This document shows, one piece after another, positions 31,736 through 41,480 of a DNA stretch of 64,000 bases (its first letter is position 1; the number at the start of each line of letters is the position of its first letter). A program made the translations under genes and the position numbers. The stretch is taken from positions 156-64,155 of the forward strand of contig JAHYJO010000004.1 in NCBI GenBank assembly GCA_019429125.1, written 5' to 3'. Below the pieces are notes generated by a model that saw nothing but the letters and a program-made list of their open reading frames with translations, made no database searches and was not told where the DNA came from. This DNA comes from Nanobdellati archaeon. GTDB taxonomy: Archaea > EX4484-52 > GLR71.

Positions 31736-31795
31736 TTTTTTTTAATTTATTTGAAGTTACCACCCACATTGGTCACTAAATTATATGCAGGGATT

Positions 31796-32846
31796 AATGT
31801 TATTGTTTATGTATAGTTAAACAATATCTTGGAAAAATAGACAATAAAGATTATAATTTGTTCTTAGGTGCGATAAAAGATAGGATACGGTCTGCGCAAT
31901 ACGAAGCTTTAAAGGTAGTCAATAAAGAATTGATTAGTTTATATTGGGATATTAGGAAGATGATAATTGGAAAACAAGAGGGTGAGACGTGGGGCAAGTC
32001 TATTGTTGAATAGTTGTCAAAATATCTGCAGATTGAATTTCCCGGATGAAATGTTTTTCTGCTCAAAATTTAGGGTATATGAGACAATTTTATATAGAAT
32101 ATAAACATAATTTAAAACTCCAACCAATGGTTGGATAAATTGGTTGGACTCATAATATAATTATTATAAGCAAATGTAAAGATTCTCTTGAACATGAATT
32201 CTATATAAGGATAACTACAAAATTCGTTTGGAGCAAGAATATCCTGACGATTAAAATTGAAAACAAAAATTATGAATATACAATTGTTAACCAGACAAAT
32301 TTTAATGAGACATTGCCTGCAAATATTAAAAATCAAGCAAAACTTGCAGTGAAAGATGAATATATTTTTGATTTTTTGGAACTGGGTGAAAAACACAGTG
32401 AAAAAGAACTTGAAACGGCGGCTATTGCAAAAATTGAAAGTTTTTTGCTTGAGAGGGGTGGTGTGTTTGCATTTATTGGTAGCCAATATAAGAGTGTTGT
32501 AGATAATGAAGAATATTTTATTGATATTTTGCTTTATCACAGGTTATTGAAATATCTTGTTGCTATTGAATTTAAAATTGGTAAATTTAAACCTGAACAC
32601 GTAGGCAAGATGCAGTTTTATCTTGCTTTGCTTGATGACAAAGTCAAGATGGAAAATGAGAATCCATCAATTGGTATTGTACTTTGTAAATCAAAAAATA
32701 AGACAATCGTTGAGTATGCATTAAAAGAGTCTAATAAGCATATCGGTATTTCTGAATATAGGATTGTTAAAGAATTGCCTTTTGGGCTTAAAGATAAATT
32801 TCCAGAACCTGAAAATATTGCAAGATTGTTGGGTAATATTGGATAA
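31796..32846 (+). pseudogene. YhcG/DUF1016-family PDDEXK nuclease with in-frame TAG (32011-32013), TAA (32136-32138) and a -1 frameshift near 32046
   Basis: Conserved blocks LYWDI, WGKSIVE*LSKYLQIEFPG, FSAQNLGYMRQFYIEY, QPMVG*IGWTHNIIIISKCKD..EFYI and C-terminal FAFIG.QY...YFIDILLYHRLLKYLVAIEFKIGKF...GKMQFYL. Both stops fall where Gln is conserved. Confidence 0.7.
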
Positions 32847-32864
32847 TTGTGTTAGTTTTATGAA

Positions 32865-34451
32865 TTATCTTTTGCGCCTGTTTGTATATTGTGGTTTTAG
32901 GTGTTTGAACACCTCGTTTTTTAGAAGTTTTTTTTCGCCATAGGTGTATGGGATGTGCATTTTTTTAAGGTTTTTTGGGTTCATGCCAGTCCAGTACATG
33001 CAGGTTGAGATGCTCATAGGTGTTGGGGTGAAGATCTGGATGGAATCTACATTGTCAAAATCTTTTAGTCTGGTGCCTAATAAGTGGCATTCGTCTATGT
33101 CATCACCCGGGTGCGCGACCATGAAATAGTATTTGAGCGCTTGTTTTTTGTCTTTGTTTAATTTTTCAAATTGTGATATGAACTTTTCGAATTTGTTGTC
33201 GCGCGGTTTGTTCATAAGCTCCAATACTTTTTTTGAGAAATGTTCGGGCGCAATCTTTAGGCAACCTGAGATGTGGTGGTCTGAAATCTCTTTTATGTAG
33301 TCAGGGTTTTCAATAGCTAAGTCGTAGCGTATTCCACTGCTCACAAATACTTTTTTTATGCCTTTTATGTTTCTGGCAGATTGTAGGAGGTCTATTACTT
33401 TTTTGTGGCTTAAATCAAGTGTTTTGCAGGTTATGCAACTATTTTTGCAAGTAGTATTACAATCCATACCGTACATGTTTGCTGAGGGTCCGCCAAGGTC
33501 ATCTATATAACCTTTGAACTGGGGATGTTTTGTTAGTTTTTCAATTTCAGAAAGTATACTTTCTTTTGAGCGCGATATGATTTTACTGCCTTGATGCTCG
33601 GCAATTGAGCAAAAACTGCATTCACCAATGCAACCTCTGTGTGTTGTGACTGAGAATTGCGCAAGTTTAAGGAATGATTTTTCGTCTAAGTTTCGTGAGT
33701 AGTCAAGTGAATATATCCAGTCTAGGAATTCTGGTGTGTATTTTGGGTATTTGTATTGTAGGACAAACCTATTTGCGTGTGGTTGTGCTAGATTGTCATT
33801 TATTGAGAACATGTTTTGTGCTTTTATAAACTGGGTTTTTTCTTTTTGTACTTGTTCTGTTGAAGGTAATATTTTGAAGTTTTCTGGCACGACTTTTGAA
33901 AAGATGCAGGTGCCTTCAATACCGTTTAGGTCTTTGCCTTTTTTTAGGCGATTTGCAATTTCTAAGGACTGTATCTCGCCATTACCGTAGACCAGTATGT
34001 CTGCGCGCGTGTCTGCAAGGATTGTTGATCTTACATTATTGTTCCAGTAATCGTAGTGCGCAAAACGTCTGAGTGATGCTTCAATTCCACCTATTACTAT
34101 TTTACTTTCTTTGAAGTGTTTTTTTATCTTGTTGCAGTAGACTATGAGTGCGCGGTCGGGCATGGCTGTTATTTTTGCGTGCGGGTCTTCTTTCCTGTTT
34201 CTTTTTAGGGGTGTGTAATTGTTTAGCATGCTGTCAATTGATCCCGATGTTATGCAGAAGCAGAGTTTTGGGGTTCCTAGTTTTAAGAAATCGTCGTCTT
34301 TTTTCCAGTCAGGAGTGTCTATTATGCCGACGTCGTAACCCTTTGCGTCCAGAATTTTTGCGATGATGCCTGCAGGGCTTAGTGGGTGGTCGTCATAAGG
34401 TTCGGCTGTTATTATTATGATATCAAAATTGTTTCCGGTTTTTTTAATCAT
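32865..34451 (-). CDS. YgiQ-family (UPF0313) radical SAM protein
   Basis: N-terminal B12-like region FDIIIITAEPYDDHP and a CIGECSFCSI CxxxCxxC motif. Confidence 0.8.
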   Translation of the reverse strand: MIKKTGNNFDIIIITAEPYDDHPLSPAGIIAKILDAKGYDVGIIDTPDWKKDDDFLKLGTPKLCFCITSGSIDSMLNNYTPLKRNRKEDPHAKITAMPDRALIVYCNKIKKHFKESKIVIGGIEASLRRFAHYDYWNNNVRSTILADTRADILVYGNGEIQSLEIANRLKKGKDLNGIEGTCIFSKVVPENFKILPSTEQVQKEKTQFIKAQNMFSINDNLAQPHANRFVLQYKYPKYTPEFLDWIYSLDYSRNLDEKSFLKLAQFSVTTHRGCIGECSFCSIAEHQGSKIISRSKESILSEIEKLTKHPQFKGYIDDLGGPSANMYGMDCNTTCKNSCITCKTLDLSHKKVIDLLQSARNIKGIKKVFVSSGIRYDLAIENPDYIKEISDHHISGCLKIAPEHFSKKVLELMNKPRDNKFEKFISQFEKLNKDKKQALKYYFMVAHPGDDIDECHLLGTRLKDFDNVDSIQIFTPTPMSISTCMYWTGMNPKNLKKMHIPYTYGEKKLLKNEVFKHLKPQYTNRRKR

Positions 34452-34524
34452 AAATATTTTATTGTTTTACAAGTTTTTATAAGGTGTGTGTTTTTGATAA
34501 TTGATAAATTATTTGTATTATTGG

Positions 34525-34983
34525 TTAATAATTTTCTATTAGTTGCCTTATTGATTCTATTTTTTGTTCTGTTATTGTGTCAAGTATCGGTCTTATCTTT
34601 AATAGGATGTTTGTTAATTTTTCGGAATCAAAATCAACAGGTCTGTTTTTAATATAATATTGGTTATCTATTCGTAAGTCTTTGTCATGTTTAAGTATAT
34701 TTGCGTAATCAAAATCTAAGAGATTTTGTGCTTGTAACAGTTTGATTATCTCAATTGTACATGAATGGATTTCTGTTTTTATTCCAATTTTCATAAGCAA
34801 TGAATATGTAGCTAAGTATTCTGTGTAATATTTTTGTGTGGCAAGCTACATGTTTGAACCTGAATCTTTGATTAAGTTTGTTACTTTTAGGGTCTCTTCT
34901 GCATTTTTATAATATTCTTCGGCAAGATTATTGTTTGGTTCAATAAGTTTTAGACCGTTTTTCTTACACAATTCAATTTTCAT
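34525..34983 (-). pseudogene. HEPN-domain toxin-like gene interrupted by an in-frame TAG (complement of 34846-34848). The start overlaps the MNT gene end.
   Basis: The single frame MKIELCKKNGLKLIEPNNNLAEEYYKNAEETLKV...SNM*LATQKYYTEY... continues into the annotated 91 aa ORF. The HEPN-MNT pairing is established. Confidence 0.5.
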
Positions 34984-35524
34984 TGTATAACAACTCCACG
35001 AAATAATCATGATTTTTAAGGATTATATGCTTTTTTCGTATTTCGGTCAATAATGTTTTTGTTAAATCTTTTTGGTTTGTCTGTATTGTGTGAATTTTTA
35101 CTGAGTATGTTGTTTCAAAATTAGTTATGATATTTTTTATATCTTTTTCTGATATTATTAATAGGTCTATATCATTGAATTTTTCGGTTGTTATTGTAGA
35201 ACCGAAAATTAAAATATTTTTAGTCTTAGGTGCTATTAAGGTATATAATTGTCTTATGAGTGGTCGTTCATCTATAAATTTAAACATTTTTTCTTTTTCA
35301 CATATTGAAAGATAATCGTTAAGTTTCGGATTGTCTTTATTTATTTTGTAAGATAAGGATCTAATCTTTTTTTCTTCAATAAGGATATTTGCATCAACAA
35401 GTGTTCTTATTTGATTTTTTATTGTTTGATGGGGTTTATTGAAATGTTTTTCAAATTCACTTAATGCGATTTGTTTATTTAGGTCGTCAAGATATATTTC
35501 TAAGTAAGTATAAAAAGTTACCAT
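34973..35524 (-). CDS. Minimal nucleotidyltransferase (MNT), antitoxin-like partner of HEPN
   Basis: IFGSTITTEKFNDIDLLII matches the GS...D.D nucleotidyltransferase motif. Confidence 0.65.
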   Translation of the reverse strand: MVTFYTYLEIYLDDLNKQIALSEFEKHFNKPHQTIKNQIRTLVDANILIEEKKIRSLSYKINKDNPKLNDYLSICEKEKMFKFIDERPLIRQLYTLIAPKTKNILIFGSTITTEKFNDIDLLIISEKDIKNIITNFETTYSVKIHTIQTNQKDLTKTLLTEIRKKHIILKNHDYFVELLYNEN

Positions 35525-35664
35525 AAGGTATGAATAGTTACCAAATTATATAAATCTTTTTGTTTTTGAGTGTTTTTGCTTTTGATTTGTAAGGTGCTAT
35601 AGAATTAGTTTTATAATATGAAGAGTCGGCGAACAGATGCCGACTTTCTTCATATATTTTGTTA

Positions 35665-36420
35665 TTAAATGTTAAATGAATTGATTACATTTTCAAAAGT
35701 ATCTTCATTTATGTCATAAGTTTCTTCTTGTCCGGAATATTTGAAAATGTAAACGGTCCCGGTATCTATGAAGACTACTTGTCGCAGTTTCCATCCAGAG
35801 GTTCCTGTTAGTGTATCATATCCGTATACATTATTTATTGATATTTCCGTTTCGCTTAAAACATCTAATCCGGACATTTTTGCAATTTCCTTGAAGTCAT
35901 TGGTGATTGTTTCTATATTTGTAGCAGACTGTATTGTGAATTCAATGCTTGAATCTCCATTTTCAAACATTATTACTTTTTTTATATTATCATCTGGAAA
36001 ATCAACGCAAGTATAACTGTCGTAACCTAGTTCCGAATTGCATCCATTAACACTTTCAGCTATATTTACATAAAATGCCCAGCCTGCAGGATACTCAAAA
36101 CTGTAGCCTAAGTCGTCGTCATAAACATATTCTTTTGTTGTCGTAGTTAACGGTACTGGTTCCATTGGTAGATTATTTGATAGATCTTCTATTTCTTTTA
36201 CAAAAATCATGCCTGTCCATAACTCACATTCATTTCCAAGTCTACCATGTTCTGAGTAATCGGCGCTGTCATATACAGTTATGCCACGCAAAAGCCAGCC
36301 TGAATTTGCGCATTCGTCAAAATTGGTTATTTTTGCGCTTTCACTCATAAAGATACCTATGAGTGTTGCGAATACTAATATTGCTAAAATAGCAATTCTT
36401 AAATTTAATTGTTTGTTCAT
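35665..36420 (-). CDS. Secreted or membrane-anchored hypothetical protein
   Basis: N-terminal signal/TM LNLRIAILAILVFATLIGIFM followed by a beta-rich body. Confidence 0.4.
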   Translation of the reverse strand: MNKQLNLRIAILAILVFATLIGIFMSESAKITNFDECANSGWLLRGITVYDSADYSEHGRLGNECELWTGMIFVKEIEDLSNNLPMEPVPLTTTTKEYVYDDDLGYSFEYPAGWAFYVNIAESVNGCNSELGYDSYTCVDFPDDNIKKVIMFENGDSSIEFTIQSATNIETITNDFKEIAKMSGLDVLSETEISINNVYGYDTLTGTSGWKLRQVVFIDTGTVYIFKYSGQEETYDINEDTFENVINSFNI

Positions 36421-36525
36421 AATTTTTCACTTCTGTATTTTATTGTATTATATAGTATAAATAAAACCTAATATTTGTCTGAATTGTTGAGGGTGAGTTC
36501 TTAATAGGGGATTTTTATAAAAATT

Positions 36526-36783
36526 GTATTTGTTAGCTAATTTTTGTCTTGCTTGATTTTGATTTTTTATAAGATAATTACTATTTTTTGATATAATTAT
36601 GTTTATACTTTTTTAAGTTGGGTGCATGCCATAGATTTTATAAAAATAAGAGTAAATGATTTTTAAGATTTTTTAACAACATATTTTTAAGCGTTAGCTA
36701 TTGATTTTGTAAAAATTATAACTTATTGAGAATCACACCATAATGGTTGGAGTATATTGATTATTTTTTTGTTAAACAAGTAC
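36526..36783. mobile_element. MITE copy 2 (slightly degenerate TIRs)
   Basis: Aligns end-to-end with copies 1 and 3. Confidence 0.6.
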
Positions 36784-37101
36784 TATTTTTGTAATCATAA
36801 ACGATTAAAGGGATGTAGATAAAATTCAGACCAAGGTGTTGGTATGCAGTATTGTGCATTGCTGTATCAAGTTTGCTTTGTGTACTTGCGATAACAATTA
36901 CTATTTTTGTTTCGTTATCAATTTGTATAAATATTTATTGAATTTTTAATTTTATATGTTTGTTGTTGTTTTAGTTTGATTGGGGTGTGGTGGATGTTAA
37001 GAGTTAAGTGGATTTTTTAAAAGAATATAAACATATCAACGTAAAATTGTTGTATCCTGTATAGTATAATATTTAATATTTAGTTTTAATATACCATACA
37101 T

Positions 37102-37725
37102 TTGGTGACTATCTTGAAACTTCTTAATATCGGTGCAGAGGCAAAGATTTCAGTAGATGACGGTATTGTCACCAAAGACCGGATTCCTAAAGGGTATCGT
37201 GAGGGTGCGCTTGATATCAAAATCCGGAAGGCGCGCACTAAAAAAGAGGCAAAGCTTCTTGAAAGGGCTAAAGTTGCGGGAGTCATGGTGCCTAATATTT
37301 TGGGTATGCGAGATTTTTCTATACAGATGGATTTTGTTGACGGTATGCGAGTCAAAGATATTGTTGATGACAGCAACATGAAGAAGATATGCGCAGATAT
37401 TGGTTTGTCAATCGCTAAACTTCACAATGCGTCAATCATACACGGAGACCTTACCACGTCAAACATGATACTATCGTCTGATAAAGTTTATTTTATTGAT
37501 TTCGGGTTGGGTCAGGTGTCATCTAAAGTCGAAGATAAAGCGACAGACCTTCATCTGCTTGAAGAGGCAATTGAGTCGACACATTACGAGCTTGCTGAGG
37601 ATGCGCTCAAGCTTATTTTTAAATCTTATCTTAAGAATTGTAATGATGGTAAAAATGTTATGGCGCGGCTTTCTGAAATTAGGCTTCGTGGAAGATATGT
37701 GGTTAGGGGTAGTGATTTGATTTGA
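37102..37725 (+). CDS. bud32: Bud32/Kae1-associated kinase (KEOPS subunit)
   Basis: Short atypical kinase. IIHGDLTTSNMIL catalytic loop and DFGLG. Confidence 0.8.
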   Translation: MVTILKLLNIGAEAKISVDDGIVTKDRIPKGYREGALDIKIRKARTKKEAKLLERAKVAGVMVPNILGMRDFSIQMDFVDGMRVKDIVDDSNMKKICADIGLSIAKLHNASIIHGDLTTSNMILSSDKVYFIDFGLGQVSSKVEDKATDLHLLEEAIESTHYELAEDALKLIFKSYLKNCNDGKNVMARLSEIRLRGRYVVRGSDLI

Positions 37726-37922
37726 GCGGGCGCGGACTGATTAAAAATGTTATATTTGTATATCTTGGCTGGAAAATAATGCTTATGGCACTCACTAAAT
37801 CTATTGATATTGGTAATCTTTTTCTTTTCGGACTGATAATTTTTTTATGGTCGTTATGGTGGCTTTTAGAGATGATTGGGATAATTCCTAAGATGGGTTG
37901 AATTGTGGTGTGTGAGTGATGT

Positions 37923-38313
37923 TATGGTTCTAAAAAATGATTATTCTGTGAAAGCACTTATTTAATATAATGACACGTTCCTTGTCCTTAAGAAAGAAGA
38001 GTTTGACTGCGGTGAATATGACATTCCAGGTGGTTATAATAAAAATGCTGAAAAGACTGATTATATTGTACTAAAAAGATAAGTATTAGGAGGGATATCT
38101 TTAGATATTGAGATAATAATGTAGTTGAATGATTGGTCATTTAATCTTGCTTTCAAGGGAATATATATTAAAGGAAAGATATATTTTTGCAGGGCTTTTT
38201 CAGATAAGGTCATCTTGAGTGATGAGCACATATCTTATAGATGGGAATCAAGAAGTGAATTAGAGTCTCTTGAGAATCCTTTATAGCTTAAGGGCACGGT
38301 TTTTAAATGTTGA
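37923..38313 (+). pseudogene. Tentative NUDIX-like hydrolase remnant with four in-frame stops
   Basis: The single frame reads MVLKNDYSVKALI*YNDTFLVLKKEEFDCGEYDIPGGYNKNAEKTDYIVLKR*VLGGISLDIEIIM*LNDW...NPL*LKG. The Nudix-box skeleton G-x5-E-x8-R-*-V-L-G-G-I-S-L has its key Glu residues replaced. Confidence 0.35.
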
Positions 38314-38377
38314 GGGTATATATTTAATTAATAGTACAAAACATATTAAGGATTTAGGTAAAATAAAAGTTGGTATT

Positions 38378-39688
38378 ATGGGATTTTTAAAAAAATTAGT
38401 AGGTAAGAAAGAGATTATTTTAGATAAACCTAACATTCATAAGAAAATAGAGATTGATTTCTTTGAGGCTCGCGAATGGTTTGAAAATGAGATATCAGGA
38501 TTTCTTAATATTGTAAATAATGATGCTCAAGGGTTTGTCAGTCAGATAATAGGCCTTTCTGAAAAGATTAGTGAAAATCTTGATGCATTGGATAAAGCAG
38601 AATCATCAGAAGAAATTGGGTACAGGATGCGTAATTTTGCGTATGATAACAAGAAATCATTTGTAAATAAAGTAAGGACATTTAATGCTAGGATTATATT
38701 TTCTGACGCTAAAGATACGATTGGTTTCTATGATTTTTGTAGTATGATTATTAGTGATATAAACAAGATGACACGAGATACTGCAAAAAATATACATCTT
38801 GCTAAAATGCTGTTTGCCCAAGAGATAAAACGGATTACATTAGGCTTAAATGATATGGTAGATATTGCGTGTGAGTCGCAGAAAAGACTTAGCAAACATA
38901 AGGATAAATTAGATAGTATTGTTGAAATCAGAGATAAGTTGTGTGAGATTGAAAGTCTTTCGGAGATGCAGATAAGTGAAAAGCTTATGCTTGAGCAAAA
39001 AAGACGTTATATTGAAAAAGTACAAAATGAAAAAAATAGAGCGTCCCAGACATTACAGAGATTAGAGAATTGTGAGGGTGCATGCAAATTAAAACAGATT
39101 ATTGAGCAAAAAAAAGAGTTAAATGATGAGATAATTAAAATCAGGAGTGATGTATTTCAGGAATTTTCACCTATTTCAAAGGTCTTGAAAAAATATGAAA
39201 GGATAGCTTCTGGATTGAGCTATGATGAGGAACAAATACTTGCAACTTATATTGAGTCGCCATTTAAGGCTATATTTATTGACACAGAATTTAAAACGTT
39301 TTTAAAAATTATTGAAAATATAGAGAGGCTTATCGATTCAGGTAAGATTGAATTGAACGGTAAGCAGAAACAGAAAGTATCGGCACGATTAACCAAGCTT
39401 AAAAATACTTCTAGTTTTGGTAAATTCGCAATTGATTATAATCGGTTGCAAGAGCATCTGATAACTCTGGATAAGTTGTGTGAGTCCATAAAGATAAATG
39501 ATGAGATTGAAATAGCAAGACATAATTTAAAGGATATTGAGATTAAGATTAAAAGCTATGAACTGGATGTTTATAGGATTGAAAAAGAGTTGCATGTTGC
39601 TGATAATAATGTGCATGTAAAGATTGGAGAGATGGAAACATTATTGAGCAAAATGTTTGATAAAGTTGTGGTTGTTAAGGGTTTTTAG
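38378..39688 (+). CDS. Coiled-coil protein (hypothetical)
   Basis: Long heptad-rich ORF. The annotated upstream extension to 38270 overlaps the NUDIX remnant and is probably not translated. Confidence 0.4.
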   Translation: MGFLKKLVGKKEIILDKPNIHKKIEIDFFEAREWFENEISGFLNIVNNDAQGFVSQIIGLSEKISENLDALDKAESSEEIGYRMRNFAYDNKKSFVNKVRTFNARIIFSDAKDTIGFYDFCSMIISDINKMTRDTAKNIHLAKMLFAQEIKRITLGLNDMVDIACESQKRLSKHKDKLDSIVEIRDKLCEIESLSEMQISEKLMLEQKRRYIEKVQNEKNRASQTLQRLENCEGACKLKQIIEQKKELNDEIIKIRSDVFQEFSPISKVLKKYERIASGLSYDEEQILATYIESPFKAIFIDTEFKTFLKIIENIERLIDSGKIELNGKQKQKVSARLTKLKNTSSFGKFAIDYNRLQEHLITLDKLCESIKINDEIEIARHNLKDIEIKIKSYELDVYRIEKELHVADNNVHVKIGEMETLLSKMFDKVVVVKGF

Positions 39689-39735
39689 GATATTATACCT
39701 ATGATTCTTAATGAGTAGTTATATTTTTGATAATT

Positions 39736-40095
39736 TATAAAGATTATAACTCAAGTTTGACAGTTTGTTAACTATTTCATTCAGAATATTTATTTGGCAG
39801 TTGGCTATTTTTAGTACATTTACTTCAATTTTTCATGTAATTTCTTGATTTTTTATTGTATTGACCGCAATAAAAAAGCTTGAAATCCACAAAAGACTTA
39901 AAAATTTCTTGATTTTTGACTAAAAATAAGTTCAATTCAGGATAAAAATAAGGAGAAATGTCTATTTGTTTCATAATTTTTGTAAATTTTAACCCAACTG
40001 TCAAATTCATTTGTCTAATTTTTGTGAATTTTCTTAATTTTTATTCTAGATTAAATCTGAATTTCAATATAGATCAAACTATAATACTATATTTT
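39736..40095 (-). repeat. Repeat family 2, copy B (inverted relative to copy A). Contains a 61 aa ORF (39825..40010).
   Basis: The reverse complement aligns with 88-362 and includes the ORF start MNLTVGLKF. Confidence 0.6.
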
Positions 40096-40368
40096 GATTT
40101 ATGAATACAAACTGTCAAATGAGGTATTAAAAAATAGGTGAAAAAACATAAAAAACGCAATCAATTAACATACTAATATATGTCAAATTCAGGTATTAAA
40201 AAAACGCAAAAAAAACAAAAAGTCCGAAATGTCAAAGTTGGGTTTTTGAAAATGAGTGGTTATATGTTTTGTTCTAACTAATCTGTTTCATCTAAAATTC
40301 AATTTTCAGCTCTAGTTTTTAAAATAGAAGTAATTTCAGTTGCGAGTTTGTTTTCGTTTAAGAATTTA

Positions 40369-40860
40369 TTAATTTTTAACAATGCCTTCGTCAAACAATT
40401 TCTGAAATTTTTTGTTTATTTTTTCTTCTTCTGCACCATTATAGAGGATAGTATATTCATTATCATTTTCAGCAACTTGTATTGCTTCTGAAATATCCTC
40501 TGTGGATTCACAACGAGCATATACAAACTTACCAAAGGAAATACCAAATGCCGTTAAGTCTTTTATTTTTGGTAAATACTTCTCCTTGATATCGTTTATG
40601 CTTGTCCAAAGGTAAAGTCTGTTTATTTTGCCTTTCAATATACGTTGGTGGGTAATAAATCCTAAGCTATCTATTTTCTTGATAATCTTATTAAAAATTG
40701 TGGATGAATCCTTGTAAGCATTTCCTGCTAAATGTAGGTTAACCTTTTTATAATCGTGCTGTTCGGCAAGATCTAAACACGTAGATAGTTTTTGTGAGAC
40801 GGGTGTTGTATTCAGAATGTTAATGCTTGGTGCATAGGTTAAATATTTTCGGGATATGAC
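40369..40860 (-). CDS. Hypothetical protein. Open frame with no ATG; TTG start at 40638 or upstream.
   Basis: The open frame extends to 40860 with no Met codon. Confidence 0.3.
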   Translation of the reverse strand, partial: VISRKYLTYAPSINILNTTPVSQKLSTCLDLAEQHDYKKVNLHLAGNAYKDSSTIFNKIIKKIDSLGFITHQRILKGKINRLYLWTSINDIKEKYLPKIKDLTAFGISFGKFVYARCESTEDISEAIQVAENDNEYTILYNGAEEEKINKKFQKLFDEGIVKN

Positions 40861-40972
40861 AATGTTAATTATTTATACAAACATTTAAAAAGATATTTTT
40901 AGATGTAAATGATAAGATGACCGGAACAGTGAGGTTTTTACTTGCGCTTGTCCGGGTCGGTAAGTGATTTAA

Positions 40973-41428
40973 ATGGCACGAATGCATTCTAGAAAAGGCG
41001 GTAAATCAGGTAGTACAAAACCTGCAGACCAGACTGTCCCTAAATGGGTAGATTATAAGAAAGGCGAAGTTGAAAAACTTATTGTCAAACTTGGTAAACA
41101 GGATATGAATTCTGCTGTTATCGGAACTATTCTTCGTGACAGATATGGTATTCCTGCAGTAGACAAGATTGTAGGTAAAAAAATATCCAAAATTCTTATT
41201 GATAATGAGATTACACATAAGTATCCTGAAGATATGCTTAATCTTATGAGAAGAGCTGTTGTCTTGGGAAGACACATGGATTCAAATAAGAAAGATGTCC
41301 ATTCCAAAAGAGGACTGGAACTTATACAATCCAAGATTAGACGTCTAGGTAAATATTATATTAAGAATAAAAGACTTCCTGCAGACTGGAAATATAATCC
41401 TCAGACTGCAAAAATTGAGGTGCAATAA
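40973..41428 (+). CDS. rps15: Ribosomal protein S15 (uS15)
   Basis: N-terminus MARMHSRKGGKSGSTKP. 151 aa. Confidence 0.85.
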   Translation: MARMHSRKGGKSGSTKPADQTVPKWVDYKKGEVEKLIVKLGKQDMNSAVIGTILRDRYGIPAVDKIVGKKISKILIDNEITHKYPEDMLNLMRRAVVLGRHMDSNKKDVHSKRGLELIQSKIRRLGKYYIKNKRLPADWKYNPQTAKIEVQ

Positions 41429-41480
41429 ATCTTTTTTAAGATTTTTGCATTTCTTTTTTTATTTCTTTTTTTGTGATTAG

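Noticed and set aside
38270-38377. 5' extension of the coiled-coil ORF (MRILYSLRARFLNVEG...)
   Set aside because: It overlaps the NUDIX-like remnant in another frame. An internal Met with a better context at 38378 is the more plausible start.
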